Shown piece after piece: positions 53,396 to 64,000 of a stretch of DNA of 64,000 nucleotides. Source of the stretch: Marsupella aquatica (Eukaryota > Plantae > Marchantiophyta); NCBI GenBank assembly GCA_973895155.1, contig OZ316892.1, positions 9,776,283 to 9,840,282 on the forward strand. The letters run 5' to 3'. The position numbers and the translations under genes are program-made. The notes under the pieces are model-generated. The model made no database searches. It worked only from the letters and a program-made list of their open reading frames with translations, and was not told the origin of the DNA. Each line of letters begins with the position of its first letter. Position 1 is the first letter of the stretch.

Positions 53396-54051
53396 TTGTC
53401 ATGCTTCGTGCTTTTGAGTCACTGAAACTCAACAAGTTGATTTCTGGATGGAATCCCGTTGTAATAGGGGATCTCAAAATTAGTGCCAGGTCATCCTGCC
53501 GCTGAATGACTCTCATGTACCTAAGGGTGACCGCAGACTCATTTCACGGGCTTGAATTTTTTGGGGTTTTAACTTTTTGACGCACCAGGATACCAGTGCT
53601 GCGGAAATAGATGTCACCCTAAACCCTGGGGCGACTGTTTAGGCTGGGAGACACTCAAACCCCGTGGCAACAGTGTGCAGACCTGCCCTGGGGGCTGCCG
53701 CACACCTTTACAGCCACGTCCGCCCAAACCTAACTCGGACGGCCGGGAAACAAGCCATGGCCAATATTTGAGTCCCCCTAATAATCTTCCTGTGGGCACA
53801 TTCCAGATAATACTTTATCCACCATCTTTCCCTGTAGTGTTCAGATGGCATGAGTGCACCATGTATAAGTGCACTCTTCGGTAGCTGCAACAGGTTGTAT
53901 ATCCCCTAAAGTTCAGCAATTTCCTTTGAAAATGCACCAAAAAATGCATGATCTGTAAGTGTAGGTTGATGTTACTAAACCATAAGATATAAATGCACTT
54001 TCTTCTATAAGAGTGCACATGCATTTATCTCAACAAAGCATATATTAGAAA

Positions 54052-54374
54052 TGTAGGATCAAAAGGGACACCATGACGTCCCACAATCATCACTCATTCA
54101 GCACTCTAGCACACCGTCACAAAAATACGTGGTTCACCCCATCAGGGCTACCTCCATGGTCGCAGCAAGAGCTCCACTATGAACACGAAAAGTACATATA
54201 ACCATAACTCCATGGTCCAAGTTCTCTCTCTCACACACAAAATTCTCCATTAAATACTCTCTCTCCATGGGATACAAAAAGGGTTATCCCTTCATAAAGA
54301 GTCCAGTCAATTAATGTTAACTTCCGTTAATTTATTCTAGTTAACCTAGCTAAGGTTGAGTCAAAACCCTAACA
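54052..54374 (-). mobile_element. Solo LTR between two copies of a ~140-bp direct repeat
   Basis: TGTAGG..CCCTAACA ends, with the TACGTGGTTCACC..GGCTAC..CCA motif. Flanking repeats are ~53910-54050 and ~54382-54524. Confidence 0.7.
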
Positions 54375-54846
54375 TGATCATAAGTTTCCACAATTTACTT
54401 TGAAAATGCATTAAAAAATGCATGATCTGTAAGTGCAGGTTGATGTCACTAAACCATAAGATATAAGTGCACTTTCTTCTATAAGAGTGCACATGCATTT
54501 ATCTCAACGAAACGTATATTAAAACAGGTATGGATAAGTGCAGTGGACAAATACAATAGTTTCATGTACTTATTCAGGCAGTGGAATCGTGCCCAGTGAG
54601 CATTTGGGGTTTGAGGAGTCAGATGTGCATGACCTGACAAGACATATTGTTAGGAAATGCATAAACATTTTCACATGCACTTATTGGATAGTGAGGCATG
54701 CACAGAAGAGCATAACAATATTTCATGCACTTATGGAATAGTGCAAAATGTGATAAGTGCAGGTTTGGGGTGTCTTCAGCCTGCACTCAGACACGTCACT
54801 ATATTGCTCCCTCTTTTGCTTTTCCTCATTGTACTTTGTTTTTTAA

Positions 54847-55208
54847 GGGCCACTTTACAAGACGGGCACGGCAATTTAGTCCCTCTTTTTTCATGATCGA
54901 ATCAATCACAACCATTGTTTCAGCCTGCCCGGGCGCTCCTTGCTTTAGAAAACTGGCACGGCAAGTTGAGCTGCGGGAATAACCGAACCTGCATTCTAGT
55001 ATGGATCAGCTCTGGCCAGCCGGCTTGGGACTCTCATCCGGGCGCTAGACTATCGGACCTCTGGAGGTGCGAAAATGGGCAGCCCACTTCCTCCTAGGAT
55101 TCCTGCCTTGGATTGGTCTAGAGTCCTACCGTACCACTAAGAGTTGGGCTCTGTTATAGCCCTGGTAGAAAGCACTCAAATTGCCGCGCCTGTCTTGTAA
55201 AGTGGCTC
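54847..55208. mobile_element. Tourist-like (PIF/Harbinger) MITE
   Basis: 31-bp TIRs GGGCCACTTTACAAGACGGGCACGGCAATTT and AAATTGCCGCGCCTGTCTTGTAAAGTGGCTC, with a TAA TSD on both sides. Confidence 0.88.
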
Positions 55209-55890
55209 TAAGCTCTTGAAAGGACCTCTTTTTGCTTTTGGTCATTGTACGTTGTTTGGCCTTTTTGGTAAATAAACGGAAGTACACCTTTTCTTATCTT
55301 GAACGGACAGTGCAAGCCAGCCAGCTCTACAGTGTATGTATATGGTGGTAAACCCAGGCTACCTTCAACGCGTCTAGCAATGGGTGCTCATGGTGGTCTT
55401 TCAACCTTGGCATCACAAATATTGCAATTAATATTACTGTAAAATATGATATTGTTATTGATTTTTATGCAGGCATTCAGGCTGCCTATTTCAAGAGGTG
55501 GCTTGTGCAATAATTATGTTACCTTGTAGACTTGTTTCACCCTCTTGCCTTGGAGGTCTTTGGGGCTCTACACCCTATCTTGAGCATTTTGTTTATGTTT
55601 GGATCCACACAGTTTAAATAAACCGAGTTTGTAACTGTCTTCTTTAGATAACAAGTGTGTGTTTCTCTACAGAGGGCCCATGCATTTAATATTCTTCCAA
55701 GGCAGTTGGATTTAGGTGTTCTAGTCAACTTCTTCGTCAGTACTCTCTTGTGGAGTTTACCCGATAGTTTCACGAGGCTTTTCAGTTTCTGTAGGGCTTA
55801 GGCTTTTGGGTTTGTTCTCTCACCTTCAATGGGTTTCTTGCCTTAGGGATCATGTCTCCAAGTTGAACTCCTATTGTTTTTTGGACTATG

Positions 55891-55893
<3 letters not shown>

Positions 55894-55926
<33 letters not shown>
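55894..55926. repeat. (AT)n microsatellite
   Basis: Pure AT run. Confidence 0.95.
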
Positions 55927-57967
55927 CGGAGGTGGTAAGGAACCATATCTATTGTCTACTCCTTACTATTTGAACCTCGTTATTTCGTATGAGTTCCAGC
56001 AGCAAACCAGTGTGACAAGGAAACCCTGTCTGTTTTTTTAATAAATGTATAGGACTGTCACATATGTTATGGAGTTATTATTTTTCTGATGCTGCTATAT
56101 GGGCTGGACACACTTTGGTTACCTTGTCTTATTAGAATTTGTTTGTTATATATTTTTATGTTAATTTGGTCTATTCTATACTTTTACTTTGTATTTTTCT
56201 GATTTTAATAATTTCTTTCAACCCCTGTAGTTTTTTCAAATACTTAGTTTTAAGTAGACATGTTTAAACTTCTTTTAATCTTTTTAGTATAATGATATAA
56301 TTTATCCCTCTATTTTTATTGTGTATTTTATGCTGGCTACTCCCCACTTTAATGAGAATTTTTTGATACTATATAATTCTTCAAACACTCTCCAAACTCT
56401 CTCAGGCAACTAGGACATAATCCAACAATGCTGGGTAACTTATATGTCTATTGTTTAAAAGAATTCCAATGATTATGGTTTATATGTCAACAGGTGTCAC
56501 CTAAACAGAGAAGCCCCACCTAAATAGAGAGCCCCCCAAAATTTAGAAAGGTACAAAATTAATTTGCTCCGCTTTCAACCACAAAATACTGTACGTACAA
56601 CAACGTACATTGAGAGCCCCCCAAAATTTAGAAAGGTACAAAATTAGTTTGCTCAGCTTTCAACTAAAAAATACTGCACCTACAACAAGGTACCCTGACT
56701 TGTACTTGTGCTTCACCCAGATAGTACTCTTATCTATTCACTTGAATGATATGTTTATATTCACTTTACTTTTTATAATCACTCTTTGAATATTCTTGAA
56801 TAAGATAAGGTAGCTTGTGTTTCATAAACTAGTTACATAGATTAGACTTTACTGTGAATAAGTTAAAATAGGTGTGTCTTAGAACTGGCCAGCTATATTC
56901 TCACATCTTAGTTTATTAAAAACAAACTTTCAATCCAGAAATTACTAGTATCCCTTAAAATATATGTAGTCAAATATGACTGCAGCTGTTATGAAAGCAA
57001 CCAGGGTCTCTGTCACCTCCCATTTCCTCCTATATGTGGAAGAGAGCAAGTGTGTGTTATTGGGCTTTCACCCAATTTGTGGTGAAGGCCACTATTTTCC
57101 CAATGATTGATAGGAACAACTGATAGAAATATTCTTCTTCTAAAAGCTTCATAAGCTTGAGAGTAGAATCTAACTATTTGTTAAATTACAAGGTGAAGTG
57201 AAGGACGATAATTGGTTTTAAGATCAAAAAAGTGAGCAAGCACAGATTTTCACACCCACATAGATTAACTCATAAACGCTTATTAAAGTTGTGAGAGCCA
57301 ATCTTTGATTACCATAAAGAAAGCCCATAGGTTCAACATTTGACCAATAACCTTAACAATTTTCCTGTAATTTTAAGCATGCATCCAGAAATCCTAAAAG
57401 CTAAGATTGAGGCACATTAGCTTTGAAATCCTAAAAGCTAGGATTGAAGGCACATTAGCTTTGAGCTGATGATTGTTGCATTTGGGGTGGCAGCTGACCA
57501 AGAATGAAAGAAAAGAGGTAAAATATACGAGACTCAGGTGAGGTTCTAACCCCTACCTTATGGGGCGGGTTAATGGCAAATATTTCGAGGCTGCTATATG
57601 GTGAATCCACCTTTCAGATTTTGTCTCATTCATATTTGTGTCAAGTATTTTGATTTTAATATGCCTTACCAAGGTAAATCATTTGTATTCATTTGATTTT
57701 GAATTAACTTTAGGACCCCTCTTAATTTTAGTGAACTTAGAGTATTTTGAATGTATTTGGCTCCCCTCATCAAGGCTTAATCTTTCCTTTTCAATCACTC
57801 CTTAGTGAATTCTCTTTTTTCTCATGAGAGTGTAAGAAATGAATTTGATCAATGTGAACATCTGGTGTATTAAGTTCCCTTCATGGTTTACTTTGCAAAA
57901 TTCATGGTTTTAATTGAGTTCAATGTCATTACCTAGAAGCAAATGAAAATCTGTAACGTATGTGCAC

Positions 57968-58240
57968 AACTCAACTCTTTAGTACCTTTGTACTTTCTTG
58001 GTTATAATGTGATTTTATGTGCATATATTTTACATGTCCCTATTTAAATGAATTACATAACTCAACTCTTTAGTACCTTTGTACTTTCTTGGTCATAATG
58101 TGATTTTATGTGTATATATTTTACATGTCCCTATTTAAATGAATTACATAACTCAACTCTTTAGTTTCTTTGTACTTTCTTGGTCATAATGTGATTTTAT
58201 GTGCATATATTTTACATGTCCCTATTTAAATGAATTACAT
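57968..58240. repeat. 91-bp tandem repeat x3 inside the dispersed repeat 57645-58290
   Basis: AACTCAACTCTTTAGT recurs at 57968, 58059 and 58150. Confidence 0.88.
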
Positions 58241-61200
58241 ATCACTAGAAGACAAACAAAAGAGACATGTTCCAGGATGAACATGCTATACTATATGGTG
58301 TCTCCCCTCAGTTTTTAAATTCCTTAATTGGGTCTATAATCAGAGTAGAGAAGAAAGATCATACAGGTCAATGAGAAATTCCTTTATTGGGTCAGTAACC
58401 AGAATGAGAAAACATGTTTTAGTTTTGTACAGGGAAAAATTAAAAAGGTACTTTAAGGCATCCCTAACTGAAGCCAATGGCCCAGCTTTGAAATGCACTA
58501 CTGAACTGGGTTTGGACTTTCCTGGCAAATAGATGCTTTAAAGTCCGTCAGCCGGACCATCCCGGCCGCCCGATCTTGACTTCCTGGCCCGGCCCTGGCA
58601 GGCTCACACCCCGTCCCGGTTGCCCGAACTTGACTTCCCGGCCCAGCCGGGCCCCAGCCGGCTCACACCCCGCCCCGACCCTGTCCTGGCCTGTCCCGAC
58701 CGCCGCCTATCCCGGCCCGGCCCGGCAATTGATGAGTTTACATGCCCAAGAACTCCACAAGTTATCCCTCACTTCAAACTTGGCTACTGAAGCTTTAGCT
58801 CCCATAAAGTGGAGAATCGAAGGTATGCTATAAAAAACGTTGACGTTACTCTTATTCCATGTAATTTTAACTGGATGTGTATCTTCGCTTAGTTCGAGGC
58901 TGATTACGCATTCATGACACGAACGATATATGGAGAAAGCAACAAATCTAATCAGAAATCTAATGGGCCAGGTGCGGAATGCGATGCACTTTGGAATTCG
59001 AGCACTAGTCTCTACCGTAGCAGTCGTCAGATGGGGCCATTCTTGACTGTCTTTTGAGCTTGTCTACCACCATAGACGCGCGAGCAGGAATCAACCAACC
59101 GACCAGCCAAGCAACCAACGCACCAAACACATTAACAAGACTGAGTACCACAATCATGGACTCGTATACACCCTTGCTTGTTGGACTCTCGCAGGCTGGC
59201 TGCAGTGTGCGTTGTGGACCCTCCATGCCTCCCAAGTCCCGAGCTCTCTTTCTTTCGAGGTCTCATTAGAGAATTGTGGACCCCTCCCCAAGTTCCCAAT
59301 TCTCTCTCTTTTGAAGTCCCATGAGTGGATTGTGGACCCTCTATGCCTCCTAAGTTCCCACCTCTCTTTCTTTCGAGGTCTCATGAGTGGCTTGGACACT
59401 CTATGCCTCCTCAAGTCTCTCATTGGAGGTCTTTCACAGTGATTTTATTGTTTTTTTTTTTCTTTTTCGTGGGTGGCTAATGTCACCTTGTGGTATAGAG
59501 TAGAAAAGCTAGGACTATTTCTTGGTTAACTTTACTAGATTAATATCTGGCCTTAGATCTTCCTAGATTTTTGGAATACCATCTGTGAACGGGCTTTGTG
59601 GCCAGGTGATTGAAACTGACAAATCTTAGCCAAAAGTGACCAAGCCTTTTCAGTGAGGTGAAATTTGGCCATTTAAAAAAGCTGGTCGGTTCTCTCTTTT
59701 GAGCTCTCTTTTAAGGTCTGCCTGCTCACGCTGGCAGGGGAAAGGTTTGAGGGGTCTGTCTGACTCGTGGGCCCTGACGAGCATGCTTGTTTTTAATTGT
59801 CACAGGATCAGTTGAAGACCTTCAGCAATCTGTTCCATGTCACCATCTTATTTTTTTGTTAAAGGGCCAGTTAAAGACTTTATCCGAGTGTGAAACTTAC
59901 GTGTCACCAGGTGTCACCTTTTAGATTGACAAAGGACCAGTTGAAGACCTTCAGAAATGTGAGAAATATCATAAATTACATGTCACCCCTTTTCTTAAAG
60001 CCATGTGTTACTAACCTGTACCCCAAACTAAATTGGATGGTTGGTTGGTTTAGTATGAATTAATTTTCCAGGTAGTGTTTCACAGGAGATGAGTGCAGCA
60101 AGTAATCGGTGGGATATTATGCATCAGATGGATATTGATGCCACCAACTTTCTAGATAACTTGGAGCCATCACAAATTCTTCAGGGCAAGGTTCAAATGA
60201 GTAATTCAGGTTCTAGTGCTCAAGATCAGTGGAGGCCAGGTGGAATATCAATACTCTTCCGCCTCTTCCTTCAGGCTTTCTTCCCAGCTGGATGAAGACT
60301 CCTTCAGTGGTATCTTGAGTGAAAAATAGGTAGCCATTCTTTGATCACAGATTTAGGGGCGAGCATATAATGTGTGGTCAGAAGTTGTAGCTAAGACTGG
60401 ATCATTCACTCTTTCAATAAAGATTTCATATTGCAAATTCTTTTTAACAAACTGGCTCTATGTAATCACTTGGTCATGGTTAATAGCTAGGTCCATAAAA
60501 GATTACTTTGGTTTTAGGCCCAACTCGCATGTAAGCGGCCCTTTGTGAAGCCCTTTGTGTACACACATTAAAACTTGCTAGCACCCATGAACAACCGGGG
60601 AGAGAGCATGCAGATAGCAAAAACCTTGAATGGAGCATGTCCTGTATAGCATATCAATTTGGCAGTAATGTTTTTAAGAGACTACTGATATTGTCTCCAC
60701 CTTGCATTCAAATTTACAGAGGACATCCTCCTTTCAGTGGGCATCACGATTTTTGCCATCTATTGTCTGCCAATGCAAATTGTGCATAATCGTGGTTCAT
60801 CGTCTCTCTGTGGTCATAGTTCACCACAAGTCTCTCACAATAGAGTTATGGGGTTTCTGGTTCTACTCTTGAGAGTTACACCCAGTTAGACCCGCTACAA
60901 GAACTTCTTACATGATATTGTAAAAAGGGGTCCACAATGGTTACAAATGAAACTTGTCCAACTAGAGAAAGTTTCCACCTTTCAAGCACATACCTCACAT
61001 AGGGGGCAACCCTGTTTCGCCTCGGGGTCCATCAAGCACATATCTCACATTGGGTGCTGGGCCATTGGAAAATGGCCCAAAAGATAAGGCTCACATTTCA
61101 ATATAAACCAGGCGACAGAGAATATGAACCAAAACTGCTGAGAGAAAAGCTCTAAAAAGGCAAGCGAATATTTGTATCATGCTTTATACCGATAACCAAG

Positions 61201-61787
61201 GCACCATGGGGAGAAAACTTGGGCAGGAACAGTTCTCGAGGTACTCATAGGGTAGTCTATTTCTTTATCATTGACTTGATGATCTGTGGTAGTGTGGTGG
61301 TTATCCACAATTCCAATGACACCTGTAAATAAATTGTTCCACAATTTTGTCGGTAAGTGGGAAGTCTATTCTAGACTCCTTCAAGATATGATACTCAGTG
61401 GTCATCATTGAAACTGACCCTCATTCGGAATCGTGTAATTTGTGACTTTGGTATATAAATTTTCTACTACATGAAAAGTTCTACTCTACAGTTACATTAT
61501 TGAGTAAAAGCACAAAAGTGCCCAAATCCCTCTAAAATGGTATGAATATCAAAACCAGCTTCACAAAAATGACACACTTCATTGGCGACCTCATAAATAC
61601 CTTACCAGTGAGTCCAAAAAATCACACCTGTCTGGTGAACAAGGTCGTCGATAGAGAATTTGACACAATTATCACGTGTCAGAGTATATTAATGCACTAA
61701 AGACAAGATCAAGGGATATTAATGCATCAGATTAAATTAATTGTTAATTAGCCAAAAGGGCTGCCCTGTTACGGGATTCAGTATTTA

Positions 61788-64000
61788 GAGCATCTCCAGT
61801 GGTTTAGGGGCCGGGGTGCCCCTAAACCCAAAATACAGTGAGTCATTTGGAGGCCTGAGAAGTGGAAAGTCCCCCATCCACTTTACAATCACCACCAGTG
61901 GCCCACTATTGCGACCTGTATCTTTTAAAAACAATGGTTCGAACTACTCAATGTGGTTCAAACCAGGATTTTTTCACCCACCAAAACATTTGCAAAATAC
62001 AAACAAACTCCGATTGAAATGCCATCACCATCACTGCGCACATTGGAGCTTCTTGCAGAAATTGTCGAGCACTTCTCTTCGGCCCTTTCAATCCAGTTGC
62101 GCTCTCCGCTGTTGTTGGGTAAACTCAGTTCTTCTCGCGACGCACATCCACTGCTGGTTGACAGATTGCATCGTATGGCTTCTCTTGCAAATTGGAGGAA
62201 AGATTTCATGAGAATGCAAGAGGCAGACGAAGCAGATTGGGATGAGGAGGAGAGGTTTTGGGAGATGATTCTCTACCAAGGACCACTGGCGATCACCTCC
62301 ATCTTGGGAGAAAGAAGGAAAAGAAAGCATGGAGGCTCCCGGCCAGGAAGAAGCACCAACGTGGACTGAAACAGAGAGAAGGGAGCAGGCAATCTCTTCA
62401 ACGATTACTTTGCGTTGAATCCCACATATTCAGAGCTCTCATTTCGAAGAAGGTTTAGGATGAGCTCTAAGGTTATTCAACAGAATTTTTCCTGCTGAGT
62501 GTGCCCATGATCCTTATTTCCAATTGAAATATGATGCTACAGGAAAAGCGGGCCTCTCCCCACACCAGAAAATCATTGTTGCACTTCGTCAATTGGCTTA
62601 TGGGATTGGGGCGGATGCAATTGCAGGATTGCTGAGAGCACTGCTCTTGAATCCCTGTATAGGTTTGTGAAGGCCATTTGAGAATTGTATCAAGGAAATT
62701 ACTGGAGGAAGCCGACAGCACAGGATTTCCAAAACCACCTGGAAATCAATGCGGATCGAGGCTTTCCAGGAATGTTTGGCTCTCTTGATTGCATGCATTG
62801 GCAATGGAAAAACTGCCCTGTAGCTTGGCAAGGTCAGTACACCGATAAGGATAAGACCAAGTCAATTATTCTTGAGGAAATTGCAAACCAAGAATTGTGG
62901 ATTTGGCATGCTTTCTGGGGATTGGCAGGGGAAACAATGACCTCAATGTGTTGGATCGTTCACCACTCTTGAATGAGTGGTTAGCCAATGACTCGACCAA
63001 TGTTTCTTTCCATGTGAATGGGGTTGAATACAATCGATCCTACCTACTAGTGGATGGCATGTACCCAGATTGGTCAATGTTCATCTCCACTGTCCACTCG
63101 CCACAGAGTGAGAAATTGAGTCACTTTGCCAAGTGCCAAGAGGGTGCTCAGAAAGATGTTGAGAGAGCATTTGGTGTTCTGCAGGCTAGGTTTGAGATTG
63201 TGAAAAGGCCAGCCAGATCTTGGTTTCAGTCCAATTGGACAAGCATTCTGATGGCGTGTGTGGTGTTGCACAACATGATCCTGGAAGTCGAGTGAGGAGA
63301 GGCTGTTACACATTATCTGAGAGTAACCCAACCAGTTGTGAGGCATGGATTAATGCCTTGGCTCAAGTACCTTGAAGCCACTAGGGAAATCCACAACAAG
63401 GACTCTCATTTCAGGTTGAGAAATGATCTTGTGGAGCATTTGTGGGCATGTAGGGGTTCTGGGTTTGTAAACCATTGAACAGACCCCTGTAATGGTTCAA
63501 TTTATAGAGGAACAGTTGTTTTCAATTGTGAGAGCAAATACATTGTACAACCCTTGCATTGCCTTATTCTTAGGAGATTTTATCCTTGGACCCTCTCCTT
63601 TTTCAGGGTGACCTTGTTGAGCATATGCACACTTTCACACTCTCTAGCATCCTCGTCAAGGCACCTGAAATAGACCAAGTTTGGATTCTTCCTTCCAAAG
63701 GGAAAGGTACTAGAGGGTGGCTTTAGGCCCATCCGACCATCCCTCATTTGTGGATGTCTTGAGACGAGTTCTCAACTGCCATTCATCTTTGTCTGGGGTA
63801 CCTCACCCTCTTCTTGTAGGTCTTCCCATTTCATGCACATGTGGGAAGCCTTGTGATTTTGTCCATCTTCTTTGATGCGATTTGTGAGGCAAAGCGATAG
63901 TTGTGCATAATGCTAGGAGAGATGCTACTGCTCAGGTTCTCTTTGGGTCTTTGGTACACCTGCTGCTCAAGGTGGTGCCCGGTCCTCCACCACTGTGATT
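61788..64000 (+). mobile_element. PIF/Harbinger DNA transposon (right end not found in window)
   Basis: Begins TTA|GAGCATCTCCAGTGG, a typical plant PIF/Tourist terminus, and contains a transposase relic. Confidence 0.75.
62207..63478 (+). pseudogene. Harbinger/PIF DDE transposase, frameshifted and with stops
   Basis: RGFPGMFGSLDCMHWQWKNCPVAWQGQY, LWIWHAFWG, NNDLNVLDRSP, YLLVDGMYPDW, KDVERAFGVLQARF, ACVVLHNMI and RNDLVEHLW are spread over several frames. Confidence 0.9.

Overview
This is eukaryotic land-plant genomic DNA with spliced genes and dense transposon remnants; the style suggests a bryophyte or other early-diverging plant, but that is inference only. Five host genes are supported: the 3' end of a 2OG-Fe(II) dioxygenase, a LisH/CTLH/CRA (GID8-like) gene, a GT47 exostosin-like glycosyltransferase, S-formylglutathione hydrolase, and an intronless plastid phosphoserine aminotransferase. 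Between them are a young full-length Ty1/copia element (332-bp LTRs, CACAA TSD) inserted into the TIR of a TA-flanked DNA element, several solo LTRs (some nested), MITE families, a tRNA-derived SINE family, a mini LTR element and a decayed PIF/Harbinger transposon. I found no convincing new protein-coding system. The most unusual signals are a 1.5-kb GC-rich insertion with non-canonical AGT...ACT termini and a 5-bp TSD, a solo LTR flanked by a ~140-bp duplication, and an in-frame stop at the copia gag/pol boundary.
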